The position numbers were made by a program, and so were the translations under genes. The notes beneath the pieces were generated by a model. It made no database searches. It worked only from the letters and a program-made list of their open reading frames with translations, and was not told the origin of the DNA. Positions 49,331-64,000 of a stretch of DNA of 64,000 bases are shown here, one piece after another. Location of the stretch: positions 5,270,001 to 5,334,000 of the forward strand of contig OZ365112.1 in the NCBI GenBank assembly GCA_977030845.1. Direction: 5' to 3'. Within the stretch, counting starts at the first letter, position 1, and each line of letters starts with the position of its first letter. This DNA is from Fimbriosthenelais zetlandica. Lineage: Eukaryota.

Positions 49331-52300
49331 AAAATCATAATCTTTTATTACGTCATGTGCAAACACATAAACGTAGGATACTGAGACAGCGGTTAATGCG
49401 ACAAACCAACACGCGGGAGTCGAGAGAGAATAAACACACGGCGAAAAGTCAATATTTGAGGTATTCAACAGGGTCAAGCCCGTATTAAGGGCATCTTGTA
49501 TAGAGAAGCCCATACAGATTGTCTTATTCAGTCAAAATGGCAGTTAAAAACAACCAAACATGAGCTGAAAATGCCTTTGCCATGAGAAAGCGAGACAATG
49601 TGGCCTTTACCTCATAGCTGTACAGTTGTAAGGTATATGAGATTTCCCATGTGTTTGAGCTCATGAAGCGTTTGCCATTGATATGTCGTTTTTGTAATAG
49701 ACACTAAGGGAAAGGGATTTGTATAGGCAAAGTTATTCAATATTATGAATGGTATCCACAGGTCTATAGCGACGAGCTATTGAACATGCTATTCTTGTAA
49801 GCTTTGTGTTTCAAGGAATAATATGAATTTTAAAAGACTGACATGTCAAAAGTACAGTCTTATGTATGGTACTATGGTATTGCACATGTAACATATATAT
49901 CAGTGTAAGTACAATAGACATTGAATGCCTATTGTCCTGTCCGAGAAAATGCACCTGTTTGTAACGGACTTGTACAGAGAAAGGAGAAATAAAACACTGT
50001 CACTGTAGACTATATGGTAGGATTATGACAGCTTAATGGGTTCTACAATTCCACTTCAGGCTAGAAATCGTGACAGGAATTAAGTCCAACGTTTTCAAAA
50101 ATTCAAAGAAATAACCACCTTATGTCATGAGTAAAAGAAAATGAGGCGAGTAGATTGTCAAGCCTTATTTATCATTGTTTAGTTTAGTATGATGTACGCT
50201 TATTGTAATGCCGGAAGGAGGTTTTTATATAAGAGTATACATTCTATAAGATAAGGCTAATACATTTATGGTTCGTACTTGTACACATAGTATAGTATTA
50301 TGCACTTGTATGACTATTGTACATCTATGAAAAGGACCATAAACACCTGGACATAAAAGGATGTAAAATGCATATAAGTACGACCGTTCTTCATTGCAAC
50401 GATGTACAATTCTGCATTCAAAATACATGTAGAGGCAATCCGTTGTTTTTAAAGGAATTCCAATTCCGATTGATTAATTTTGCAATTGGAAATCGCTGCC
50501 ATGGCCAGGCGAATTTCTCATATAATTATGACGTATTATATCCATTCGAGAAAGACTTAAAGGTCTATACGAGATTTGAGATGAAATCAATGTGAATATA
50601 GGTTTCTTTGCCCCCAGGTTACCTCCGACAAGAGGCTGTCACAGCTGACGAGTTTTTAGTTAAAGGTGGGAACAATATAGGCCTTGATATGTAGAAATCC
50701 TCCCTCCCACCAGCCTCCTTACCTCAGATATAGACCAACACAACACCTGCCATTTTTTTACTTTCCCACCTGGCCCCAATAGCCTGTAAGCAATCATAGA
50801 TAGAGCCGCTGTGATTGGGCTTGTATCAAATCACTATCATGTCTATTGAACTATGAGAGCACTTCACAAATAATCAAAGATAAGATAACAAAGCTGGTAA
50901 TGTAAACAGCGGGAAGGTGGCAGATTGGAGGCAGGGAACTGCGTATAGGGAAGGATCGTGGGTTTGTGGGTGAAGCATGACTCATTCACTTTGCCGTGGG
51001 GAGGTTTCCTCTTGCCTTTCAGTCTAAATCTTTGTCATCTACCGAGTGACAGCGACAACGTCTCGTTATTGTCAAGGACTCGGAGATGCCGAGCGATATT
51101 AGAGGAAAATTTAAGGTTGACGTCAGCAGCGTTAATGTCGTGAAAAAGGGTCGACATATGGTACATCCTGACATTTTACGACATCATAGGACGTAGACAG
51201 CGAGCTGTGAAGTGTCTAGGTTATTGCTTGGGGAGAGATGGATGTATCTAATATAGAAAATGGGGGACGCTTCTTCACGTGTAAAATTGGACGTTAGTAC
51301 GTCGACGAAGGCCCTTTATAGAGAGGCAAGAGCACACAGGACATCCCCAGACTGTCGTAAAATGATCATATTAATCATTCTCATAATGGAGATATGATTA
51401 TGAATCATCAGTCACGTACTTTGCCCATGAAAAATGATGCAAACAGTTGTTTTTGATAGGCTTGAGATGGGTCCCATGTGTGACGTTATCCTAACAGGGA
51501 ATCGGCGTTAGTAAAATGCATCAAAATAGAGGCTTTAAATTTACTTTCTAAGCAAGTACTTCTAAACCTAGAACTCTATTGCAGATCGAAGACAATGGAC
51601 AGAGGAGTTTAGTATGAATAAATACCATTGTTATGGTTCCAGACTGGTGCATATCTAGAACAAGGTGCCATCAATTACAGCGGAACACTATAATTGGCAG
51701 TCCTTACAGTGTTACTCCGGGTGATTCATTTGGGACAATACTGGCGGTTTTTAGCACTGGATTAGATAGTTATTATTCTGGTGATGAAAAAAAAACTGTA
51801 TTATGACAGCTGGGAATATTGCAATGCCTTTGTTAATGGATGACACTTGTAAGTGGTTCCAATACCTAAAGGGGTTAGGATGGTCTTACTCTATATGATT
51901 TATGGCATTATGGTGCTTTCTAACACATTATTATGTGTATCCCCAGCGCCAGATCTGGTGGGAAAACCTCGGGGATTAAACCCTTTTTGTGAAAACTTTA
52001 TTAACGGTTACATCTAGGGCTTGAAACAAGATCACATGTGTCAAAAAGCACACACTTCAATAGCTCACACCAGTTTATTTAATCCTCTAGATCTGGGAGA
52101 AGCCTGAGTGGGAGGGCAAATGACCTTTTTAAGTAAGAGCTGTATATGTGTATTCATTGTGGAGATAATATGAGGCTTGTTTAGTGTATAGGCTCCTTCC
52201 AACATGGTCCTATATCCTCGTGGCCTTCTTGAAAACCACCGTGTCTTCTTGTCTTTCAGCCTTGGGACATTCTTGTCATCCAGTGACCCATATCCTTCTG

Positions 52301-53924
52301 TGGATAGGTAGTAGAAGTTACCTGTGTGTCACTGACGGTGCTGGTATCCCCCCCCCCCACCCACCTGCCCTCACCTTCCCGCATTTTATAGCCCAGTCGT
52401 ATAGTATATACCTCTCTCCACCACTCACACCTGCTTAGAATATCTGAACTAGACCTCAACCGGACAAAGGATGAAGTGGATTATTTCGGGCTTCGAATAG
52501 AACTCATTTAAGCATGGTTGGCAAAACAGTTAAGTATAGCTAGGTTAAAAGGACCATGTGGGTGACGAGAGAAATCAGGGTTAAGTATTGGCAACTGCAT
52601 CTGATGAGGTTATAACATTAAAAGGCCAAACTAATTCCACATTTTGGGGATGGTTATTGTAGGGAGCCAGGGGAAATGAAGTAAGCTCAGAAACTGAAGA
52701 TTTAATCTCAAATCCCTTCAGCTGTCCCATGTGAGAATCTCCATGGCTTAAATTCACTTGATCTGTGACCTCCTATTGCAGCACTGCTGGCATTTTACAA
52801 TAGGAAATTGAAGACATGAATCATATGAATATTTTATGCCAGTCCTAGTCTAAAACCACATGTATCTGTCATAGGGGTATATTATGACTTGAGCATTTTA
52901 TTTAATGATGAATCTGACATCACAAAAGTTGATGAAAGCGAATGAACAAAGAGTGTTTAATTCACATGTGGGAGAAAGCAAGAATGACAGTCTTGATGTT
53001 TCAGTATTTCAGCCAAGCTCGCTTGTCATCTTTCCCATCGCTCATGGAGATGGACCGTTCAGCCATCCCTGATGCCACGAGCGCGAACCATCGCCCTCGG
53101 CCATCGACCAAATATCGGCTTGACAGTAAAACCATCCGTCTTTAAAAGCTGACGTTGATTAGTCATAATGTTCAGTTCATGTATATGAGTTGTATGTGAT
53201 GATGGGACGCTGAATATTGGGATGAGGAGGATGCTGAGGAAGATGGAGGTCCTGTGCTATTAAAGCTGCAGCAGCCTGCAGTACGGCAGCAGACAGCCAC
53301 ACACAAGAATTAGGTCAGGTTCTGAACAAAGAGAGACTACTCTCTACATGAGATGGGAAGGATGATGATGAGAATTTTACCTTAGTTTGTAGACTCGTAG
53401 GTGAGATGACAGGTCCTAGAGAAGCTAGAGTTGGTCCGGGCATGGTCATGGTCGGTCGTACCACCAACATTTTGCCTTCTTTAAACGTATCACAACAAGC
53501 TATTAAAGATGAATGTGTATATGAACGAATGCACCCACCACCCTTGATACACAGGGCAGCAATTGCAGGCACTCTCTCTGTCTCTTTCTCTCACTATCTG
53601 AGGCTGCAGCACGGAGACCTCTCAGCAAGAATACTCAATCCATCGGTTGCAGCTGCCACTTCTCTACGAGTTGGCGCTGCACGGCTATGGCTTGCAGAAA
53701 CACTAGGTAACAGCCAGCCTGCAATTCATGAATCCAGGGAATATGACCCTTCCAAGGCAATCCAATTGCTTCTCCAGGGAATGTGAGGATGGGATGGGAT
53801 GGAGGATGCCCTAGGTGGCACTGATGGGGTGGGTAGTAGGGTAGAAAATGGGCATAATCGCTCTCATTCAAAGTACAGGGTTCTACTCCCTGCCAGTAGA
53901 CTTCCTATGCCTTTGTTTGCTGCA

Positions 53925-53975
53925 GAAGCAGACGCAGCAGCAGGGATGGATGGATGGATGCAGCAGCAGCAGCAA
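53925..53975 (+). repeat. Compound (GCA)n/(GGAT)n microsatellite
   Basis: gcagcagcagggatggatggatggatgcagcagcagcagcaa read directly. Confidence 0.75.
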
Positions 53976-54344
53976 TGGGCAATACTGGCAAGAGCAAGCA
54001 AGCAGCGCTCCGTCCTCGCTCTCCCTCCCTACACAGAAACACTCCAATCTCTAATACTCCAGCGAGAAGCTCTCCCACTTTCCCTGCTTCACTTTTTTTT
54101 AAACCAATATTATGGAAGAAAATCCACTGAATCTTTTCTTTTCAAATCCGTTGGTAAAATCCAACCTGATACTCCACGATTAATCCCTATAGACTATCAG
54201 AGGTATGGGGGCTGAAGGAATGTTAGTCCTATACATGGGTTGACAGGGCAATTGACAGTGTGTTGGTTGCTTCGGTATTGACTGAGTGAGAGAAGGGAAC
54301 TGTGTGTATATGTGTGAATGCTGGAGGGGTGACACACCACGTGC

Positions 54345-54435
54345 TTCCTCTTTCTCTATCCTCTCACCTCTCTTAACGGTGCGCTGCTGTCACTGTGTTT
54401 CTCTCTCTCTCTCTCTCTCGGCTTGGTCTCTCTAT
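54345..54435 (+). repeat. (CT)n pyrimidine tract
   Basis: ttctctctctctctctctctcg around 54400-54420 with CT-rich flanks. Confidence 0.75.
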
Positions 54436-57400
54436 ACTTGCATACAGCACTCGTTTTCCTCTCATCCTGTATGGACCTACACCCACCACAACCACAGCCA
54501 TTGGCCATGCTCACCGACCTGTGACCCGCATGAAAAGGTTTCAGGCTAATCATATTGTACTACAGAGAATACACAAGCATGTCCGTTTAGCTACTCAAGT
54601 GTCCCAAACCTATGACTTTCAAGTCCTGATCATATCCATTAGGTTTATATGGGACGCATTTCGGTTGATTTTACGTCATAGAGTTAATTCAAGGATTATA
54701 CTATAACAGGTGCCTCATATATCCATCTGAAATGTGTGAGATCTGCCACAAATAGGCGATAAAAACCCTTAGGTATGTTAATATATATGGGGAATTAACC
54801 GTAAAGAGACAAAAGGAGGGTAATGGGACAATTAGGACAAATCCACGGTATTATGTTAATGAGATCACATCACATCTCTGTTACAAAGTGACATGTAAAT
54901 AGCTATGGTATGCTAATGTGTATCAATGTAATGTACACAGGTACATGTATACCCATAGGCTTCATGTGGGTTGTTCATCGAAGAGTACATCTGGGTTTGG
55001 GTTTGGCTATAACTATTGATCAAAGGGTATTCTTGGTTTACTCACTTATGCCAAGCAATCAGGATTTACAAGCTAAATCAACAGCAAGCTATCCCATCAA
55101 TTATTCCTCTCTAATTAGCTGATCCCTGTGCACTTACTTTGATTGCCTTTCATAACTGTAAGAGGTCAGAGAGTTCTTGATTTGTTGTAATGTACACTGT
55201 ATCCTCGTGTATTTGGGACGGATAGATAAGTCATTGCGGATCAAAGGGAAATAAATTAACTTCAGTAAGTCTATTGACCTCTATCAGGCCCGCCATAACA
55301 TAGTTGTGTATACCCGTATAGTATGTCCATTCCACACACTACTCACAACCCAGGCCTTACCCCGCTGGCAATACAGAACTAACATCATAACACATAAAAC
55401 CCCTCCCACACCAGCCAGTGCTTAGTGCATGTCTCTCCTCACCAAAAAATGTTTTATTTGTCCTCGGAAATTGGCAGGAGCTGAATGGTACAGCAAGGGA
55501 CAGTCAATAATCCTGAAGGCTGTCTGTTACAAATTGGCATATAGGCTAGTGTAGAAACTTGGGTCCATTCAAGACCAGTGGATTGAACAATAAAATCATC
55601 CGCAATGCAAATCTTAAGGAAAAGACCTCACTCAAAATGATGACATCATTCATTTTGAAAAAGCAATAAAGGATATGAAGGATAGCATGATCTCTGTTTG
55701 CACCAGCACACCGAGCGATGGTAACATTTAATATTAATGGAACGATTACCAAATGATTGCAGAATCGGTCCATCTGTCAAGCAAATGCAACCAAGCCTTT
55801 TGATTATGTCATTCTACAAGCACTGAATGAACCTCAATCCTTAGGCAATCCATCTCACTGTAATTAGGTTGATTAATATAGTGGTTTTAACGTGGTATTC
55901 CATCCATAACCCATTGTTACCTAGGGAGATATTGTATACAATATCACATGCGAACAAGCTACACATTTATTCCACATCATATGAAAAGGTTTTGCCTGTG
56001 AGAGAACGTAGCCGATCTATCTGCAGTGAAAGCTATCATCATATTCATTAGGTTTAGTCACCCTTGTCACAGGGACCTCTCTAAGCATAAAGACCTTGGA
56101 ATAAAAGGCTTGACAGACTATAAATGGAAAAGCAATGTATGACAGAGGAGTATGTTAGAGCGGCCAAAATGGTGTAAACATAGGATTTGCTCCATGGCTT
56201 ATTCAGCCAAGATTTCATTAAATATATTGGATATTTCTTCATACAGTATATAGTGGACTTTTTTCATTTAGTGGTGAAAGTATTGATATGAAATTCTGGA
56301 GTTACACCTACAGTTTCAGCCAAACAACTTTCATTTATGAATGATATGGAGAATTCAGTGTTAATGGTTTTCTTCGCAGTTATTCAAGCCCGTACAGATG
56401 GCAAATCATTAAGAAGTGTTATATCAAGTTTCTATTTGGAGGTAGATGTCCACGTCATAAACACAAGATTCATGTATCATGTACTGCAAAACAGGAAACA
56501 CCTTTCTATTAATGTGATGGATGTTACATTATAAATGTTTTTCTTATATATACGCTACTACTCATAATGTAGAAAAGTTATACTTTCAGATCAGATTTAT
56601 AAGTACAAATTTATGAGGACTGTTGCAAAATCAGTTCATGTATCTGTAAGAGGATTTGCAATTGTTTGTCAAATGCACATTTCATCTGTTCGCTCAATTG
56701 TGTAATTTTAAAGGTGAGAATGTAAGAAGTACAATGTATGTAAGAACCCTTTTCAATGTATATAAAGGCTGTTTCTTTCATGCGCATTTTATGCTCATTT
56801 CAATAGCTGATAGTGTGCCATATTTGAAATCTTCATCTCTACATATATACATGTACATCCTATTGTCTAAACGCTTCTCCTCGGTCGCCTTTCAATGGAG
56901 GAAATAAAACAGCTAGGTTCTTAGAGAATAGGGCCTACATACATCTTGCCATAATTATTCATACATTGTCTTCAGTCCTTATGAACATATTTTTTCCCGA
57001 TTTAACGAAGACTGCATGTACTTGATTTTCATACACCTCATTTTCTACGTAATTTGGCTGTATTAATTCCCTGCTGAATAACGTATTCATTTCATGTTAA
57101 ATCATGTTGAATAAGTTTTAATGTGAGGCAAATACTTGATAGTCACCTATCATTTACTGTCAGGTAGGTGAATCCTATCAGGGTTATATTGCAGAGTGAG
57201 AGGGGCATAGCCATAATAGACCGACTAAAGATGATGGCAATTAGAAATGTGCCGTATTAGATAGCTGCCTAAAACCTGCAAGGTTATGCCTGCAGCTTGT
57301 CTCTCCTTGTCACTCACAAAGCAATGTTGGGCCGAGCCTGCCATTCAATCTCCGGATAATAACAAGAATAATAACTTCCTCAGGCTCTATCTTAATGAGC

Positions 57401-60400
57401 ACAACATAATACATAATACTAGGTTCAAGGGCGTGCATCAGGGAAATGATGCCATAAAGAAACGATGCTATAAAACTCAGCCTTAAATATTACATTCTAA
57501 GGCTCATTTTTGATACCAATCTGTATTAAATAATAGATACTAATTATGTAAACTACCTGAAAGATACAATGGTTTCATCACAAATATATGACTTTTGTGT
57601 TGCAATAGGATTCTGAATATAAATCCCAGAAAATATGTCATGAAGCAGGACCTTCTCGGAAGAGTTCTTTGTTCATGGAACATGTCCCAAGATAAGCCAT
57701 AATGAAATCTAAATATGGAGAAGGATATAGGGTGGAGTAAAAAGGACAGCGGCACATATTGTCACGCAAAGCAACTGTTCCAGCAACCTTCAGTTCCTTT
57801 TTTGACACTGCAAGTAACTTCATGGAACCTTCATAAAGGTTGGCAGTTTGGTGTAAAAACGGCAATACATGTTTTTGATATCCAAGGCACTCCTACATGA
57901 AACTGAGAGGTGAGGGATGATATATAAAACTAGCTGGCTTTGGTGTTTTACAAATATTTTTTGTCATGTCAGAACATCAGAGGTTTGATTCGAGCTACTA
58001 ATGAGTATGAAGTTTTTCCCATCAATATAGATGTGCATACTGTGTGTATTTGCTCTCTGTGGGGTTTATTTGTGTTGGGTGCCTCCTCCGTCAGACCCTG
58101 GTCCCTGTCTTCACATTTAACAGCACCAGGAATCTAAAACAAACACCAGCCCACCGTTAAGATATATTATACTACAAAGCGGATCACGCGTCTCTATCAT
58201 GCCAATGTTCCATGGATCAAGCACGAAAGAGACATTTCCTTGATTCCATGACCAAAAGGAAAACAATGGTATGTTAAATTGTTATTCCAACAATAAATAG
58301 GGCCTACACATAAATAATAAAAAAAATATACATGTATCTTAAATATCAATATTTCGCCCCGAAATACATGGTAGAACACTGATGGCTGAAGCATGATAGA
58401 AATGCTCATGAGTGAACTAATAGTCAATCCAATTAGATTTTCGGAAATGGCTTTTAGCAGTAGTTTTACGGGAGATTTTGCTATTCAAAATCTTATTTAG
58501 AGCCTTGTATCTGACATTACAGCCATCCCCTTTTACCCTGGCCTCTACCAGCACTTGCTCTCTCGACATGCCTCTTATCGTGCCTAATTAAAGCCAAACC
58601 AAATGAGCATCTCCCCCTCTCTCTACCGAGCAGCTCACGACCCAATAGCTACCTAAGCAAGCACATTACCAGCCGTTCAAATTAACCACTCCAGTCCCCA
58701 ACAAGAAATATTCACTCCGTAAAATAGATGTGAGCCGATTTATAATTAAAACACCTTGTTCTTAAATGAAGCTTTTTTTTGTTAATTCCTGCGAATGAAT
58801 AATTTGTCGAGCCTTTGTATGTGCCTGATAAATGTAATGCATTGAGAATGTTAAATGGCTGAGATCCTCCGCAGTTAGAGTTTATGGTCGGGTATTACCA
58901 TTAAATTATGGTTTAATGGTACGATTACTTCTCACAGGGGAGAATTGCCTTCTCAACTCGACAATAAAATATTCCTAACTCACAATGGAGATACTTGTTC
59001 ACTTCATTGAAGGTAAAAGTACCATCAGGACGGTGGATTTTAAAAACGCCACCTTATTCTCTGTCACCGATACTGCTCTGAGAATTTTAATCTTACAAAA
59101 ATGCTTCTTGCCAAAGAGGGGGAGAAAGTCATAAATTTGAACTTCAAAAGAGCATCGTGCAGGAAAGGCGATATGTAATCGGCCATATTGTGCACACGGG
59201 CATCTTAATGTTCAATCAGAAAGCCTTTGAAGAATACAAGAAAGGCAATTCCTTGGGGTTATATAAGGGGTGGCTATATATATGCAATTAATTCATTTGA
59301 TCTTGAATATAGTTCACCACAAGCAGAGCATGTTGGGGTTTGGCGCTACTGTTTGATCCCAAACCGATCATAACCCAATATAGTGAAGCCTTCTTCAAAG
59401 GCACAGAAAAAAACATAAAACAAACCCCGTGGGGTTTGTTGAATATATTGGGTTTAAATAATTCGCATAATTTGCAAGGGATTCATCATAAACTTATCAT
59501 GAGAGTTGACGGGGTGATAGTTGGTCTGTTTATTTTGTGTATAATGGGGCTGGAGGATGGATCGTCTTATATATGTTGTATACAACGATCAAAGCAGCCC
59601 AGGAAATAGAGCGCGGAATGGATCACATACTTATCACGGGCGGAGAACATCTGCTGGAGTAATGGAATGCTATATGAAGCTACCTTATATAAGTAAGAGT
59701 TGATTCATAATTGAATAGGGTTGCTTTCTTGGAACTATTAACGTAGTATACTAATTATAGTATACTCCTAAGACAATTGGGACATTTCCCCTCAAGGTCA
59801 TGATATAGTTGTATGATTCATCTTATCAGATATTTTGAATGGATCACCTTTTCATGATTTCTTCTTCTCAACAGTACAAAGGTCGTCTTCCAAGGACACA
59901 ATAACCTTCCAAGGCAAAATGTGATTACATAATCACAGTAATTCACTATAATTGCATAAATGCAATATTTTGGTCAGTTTGTCAAATTTGTCAAATTATG
60001 TCTGAGGGACAGATTTAAAATATAAAACCTTCAGAATAAGACAACAAGAGGGAGGCCACAGATGGTAGAGTCCTTATTTAAGACTGACCTAAATGGGCAG
60101 TCGGCAGTGGCAAAGACAACAAAGACATTTTAAGCTGTATCTACTGTTGAATACAAATTTATGTACATTTATGTAGCAATGTTATAAATTAGAAAAGAAA
60201 GGGTAAAGTCATAAATATTAATAGACACTCGCTAATAAACCTCCAGAACAAATTAAGACCCTGACTTCATTTGCTCAATCCATGCCCTTTTAGGTTGTTT
60301 TTCTCTCTTTTCATTTTAATCAATTCGTGGCTTAGTCATAAGCACTTCCTTCAGCCTTCAAGCCCAAGACGGTTAATAAAAATTCAAAGGTCTCTTTCAT

Positions 60401-62139
60401 CTACTTCTCCGCTAGTGATATATAGGTAAATTACATTGCATCAATACATCTAAGGGGCACTTCATCATTTGGGGGATTAATTAAGGTGCTGGAGTAATAG
60501 ATTGCTGTTCCCTTTCGTGAGAGGATCAATATAATTAGACCAATGGGGTGCTTGGCATGAATTACCTCACGTTATGGGGGGCTGCATGCACTCCAACACC
60601 AGGCTTCCAGGCTATGTAAAGTGGTTTAGAGATCCCCAACGTACTAGATATTATGGTACAATCTCTTGCAAAAGGTTCTCCCCAACCAAGTAAATCCCTC
60701 TGAAGTTAAATATAGCACTTTTGGAATTAGATGACAGATTCTAAATTATATTTTCAGTTCTTCTGAAATGAGATCAAAGGTAATTATGACAGGGCCTGCG
60801 GTTGAATAGATGATGCAGATGGGATGCAGGAGGCCGCCAAATAGTGTTATGTCATAACTTTCTGTGCTGTTTCATAATACTCATTCATAATTCCCTCCAT
60901 GACTCATTGGAACATTTCAAGGAATGGTTGCCCTAAAATCTGGGAATGGATTATGATATAATACCATTACAGTATATAGTTCATTGACCCTGTGCCTTAC
61001 TATCTTGATGTTCAATAATAACTGCACCTTTGCATCAAAACATTCGACGCGTTGCCTTATAAATAATGTTGTGTTCGCTTCACATTTGCTGCAAAACAGC
61101 AGATGCACTGTCTCAAGTTATCGATGGAAATGTGATTTCAGGCAGATATTAACTTGCAGATATCGAGTTATTTCAGTAGGATAAAATAACTGTACTGTCT
61201 TACTTGTCAATAATAAAGAAAAGAACATCTCTGTTACATACGCCTTTAGATATTGCCATACGACATCCAGATCATAAATAAAAAGTCAAAGTAAGCTGAG
61301 GCAACTGTATAAATCCTGGCTAAAGGAGAAAAAGACAGAAAAATAGTCCATATCTATGGCAACCAATATCATGACTGGGTTGCCTTGGTGACGGGTGACG
61401 TTGTCATAGTTACCTGATGGAGAAGATGCAGTGCCATGGGTGAAGCAGCAGTCGTGGTGGACACGGGAGTGGTATTTGTAGGTTGAAGCATCCGGCTGGT
61501 GGGATGGATGGATGGTAGGAGGGGAGATAAGGGCTCAGGCCTGTAGGGGTTTGGTATAACGATTCTCTTGCTGAATCCGGGTCTATAGTTCTTACTACTC
61601 GCCCTCTATTCCTCCAATGTCAGGGCTTACACAAGCTTATTCCTCAACGGAGAAATCTCCAAACATTCATAGAAATCTAAAGGCAATTTCAACAAACTTC
61701 AATTCTAGTTTCGTATCACCCTTGTGTTCCATGAATATTCCAAGAGAAATTGCTCCAAATATTGAACTGGGTCTGTGAACCTTTTAAGATATTAATGCAG
61801 AAGCCCTTTCTGTATCCTCCAATTGAAAATGGGCCAGAGAGAAAAATCCAAGTTGACAAACTGAAACAGTTTTTTATGGCATGGAAATTAGGATACAAAA
61901 TCCAGGCTCACTTCCCTATTTCACTACTCACTTTCACTTTCTTCCTCAGTTAATTCTCTCTCGCTCTCTCTCAATACTGAGCCCTGATCTCTCTGTTGGG
62001 CTGGGTTTGAGGAGAAAGTTGCTGAAGTTGGGAGACTTTAGAAAGTGAGATGAGAGAGTTTGGGTGCTGGAGACTGTATCGCGAAGATGTCAGGTCAGAA
62101 TGGTACTAGCCTAAAGGTACCAGCTGGCACTCAGTGCGA

Positions 62140-62195
62140 GAGGGGGAGGGGTCGGGGAGGGTGGTGGTAGTGGGGGGGGGGGGGGGCGGTAGGGG
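62140..62195 (+). repeat. G-rich tract with a long G homopolymer
   Basis: gagggggaggggtcggggagggtggtggtagtgggggggggggggggcgg. Confidence 0.7.
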
Positions 62196-64000
62196 ATGGA
62201 CGTCTGTGTATATGTACGTACTTAACAATCACATGTATCAAGGCAATGCATTAGATATGCACATGGCCCCTGGCCCACAGGTGTAGGTGTGCAATTAGTG
62301 GGAAAGAACTAAGATATTTCTCCATATTCTGTGAAAAGTCACAAGGCTGGTGTCAGGTTACATGAAATACGAAATCAATGTAAAAGGCCTGGACAAACAT
62401 CTCTGGAATTTCCCCTTCGTCTATGGACTTTTCAGATTTCAAATAATCTTGAATATATCTTAAATATATCACCCAGTTTATAGCGATGATAATAAACCCA
62501 TCTGGGCTAAGCAATTCTAAATTCTATAGAACTTTAAGCCTGTCTATCGAGTGAGTCACATTGTTTTCAATAGAGAACAGAGGAGAGTGCATGTCTACCA
62601 GGCAGCAGATTGCAGCAGTAGATTCAGCATCCAGCCAAAAAAGCTACATCACGAAGACGACAGCTTGCCTCTGAACCGACTCCATCATAAAACGGATCCT
62701 GTCAAATTTGACGCTAAGGAAAATCACTGCTCTCTCTCCCGGCCTCTCTCTTCCCATCTATCTCCCGCTCTCACTCTCTTCTATCTATCTCTCCACCCTC
62801 TCCTAAAACAAGGAGAGTCGCTACTGACTTAAATAAGAAGCAGTTAATGCACATATTATTACCACGTGTCTCACTTATATCAGGACACAAACGTCAGGAG
62901 CAGATAAAACCGTAAGCTTTCGTTAACAAAACCACCCTTCACGTGAAAAGGATAACATTGAAATACAGACATGTAATAATTGATTCCATATTTCATCGCA
63001 CAAATATGATGCCTACATTCAGACGGCCAGGATTGCCACTTTCGGGGAACAGGGGGAAATCCTTTGGCATGCCTTTATATAACTTAAAGAATGAACCTGA
63101 AATGAATTCAGACTTCTCCTAAAATTCTACAAAAAACCAAAAGGAATTAATTGTAAGCCTAAACAGAGCTCTGATTGATGGTGGGTCCATGTATACGTCA
63201 CGTGATCATCAATGTCAGGTCAAGGTCACACACTCTGACCTGTCAAACATCAACACCAGCATCACTGACACCAGGAGAAGGATACCTGTGTCCTCCTAAA
63301 CCTAATCTCACTCAGGTCGCCCAATGTGTTAAATAGATTCTGTCAAAATGTAAGGATACTTCACATCTTCGCACACAATAGGAAGTAACAGTATACTAGG
63401 ATCTACTAGGTATTCAACTGTTATCGCATCAGATGCAAGGAATTTAAGTTCGCGATTCACAAATTAGATCAGAATTTGTAAACAAGTATCTGTCAAAGGT
63501 TGACCTAAAATGTGTCCACAAATGACAAGTCGATTAAGGTTACAATGTCAGATGGGAACAGTGCTACCATAGCAACGTGTGTCCTTTTGGTTGTCAAGAT
63601 AAAGTTATACATGTATGATTTATAATTATGAATTGAAAGAAATTTGTATGCATTAGGCTTAACTATGAAATAATATTGACAACTTCGAAGGCACAAAGGC
63701 CAGTGAAAGGAAATACTTGTTGAATTGAATATATGAATGCATTAGGAATGATGTGGATATTTATGCTTTCATTTATCATTCATACATTCTGAGTACCTCT
63801 GCATAGAAATTAAAGCACAAAACTGAAAAAATGATCATTCCTAGCAAATACAAAGAAAAGACATGCATGCAACCTTGTGCTATACGTATTTCCCGTTTTT
63901 CTGAAGCGTAAAGGTTAATTTTGTACGACGTCCTTGAGGCCACGTGACACATGACGTCAGCTACATCCGGTGGAAAGTAGGACAAAAGGCCAGCAGGCAA

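Noticed and set aside
57645-57670. AGPSR/EFF motif resembling the HECT-like D.GGP.REFF
   Set aside because: It needs a frameshift inside the motif and no downstream HECT-like sequence could be read.
1-64000. Prokaryotic defence system, CRISPR array, rRNA or tRNA genes, or an intact giant-virus/Polinton gene cluster
   Set aside because: There are no long intact ORFs, no repeat-spacer arrays and no recognisable structural RNA sequence. The architecture is eukaryotic repeat-rich DNA.

Overview
This is eukaryotic, AT-rich, repeat-dominated genomic DNA, most likely non-genic sequence from a metazoan (inferred from partial CpG depletion, microsatellites and the transposon types). It is not prokaryotic: there are no operons and no intact long ORF (the longest is 181 aa), and I found no rRNA, tRNA or CRISPR array. 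Well-supported features are: (1) a very young, complete, non-autonomous LTR retroelement at 10568-13217 (minus strand) with identical 277-bp LTRs, a 4-bp CAAT target-site duplication, a tRNA-Ala primer-binding site, a polypurine tract and no pol gene; (2) two 211-bp PIF/Harbinger-type MITE copies with ~60-bp TIRs and TAA target duplications; (3) a perfect 10 x 21-bp G-rich minisatellite plus several simple repeats. Weaker calls are a decayed Mutator-like (MULE) transposase remnant (~3.5-7.8 kb), a possible env-bearing LTR remnant (~31-33.7 kb), a gypsy/Ginger-like integrase fragment (~49.2 kb) and several stop-riddled protein-like frames I cannot assign. Most ORFs in the supplied track look like chance or repeat-derived ORFs. 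I cannot rule out that the window lies inside a large intron. I did not find a convincing intact novel multi-gene system. The best candidate for something undescribed is the pol-less, apparently recently mobilised LTR element with small internal ORFs.
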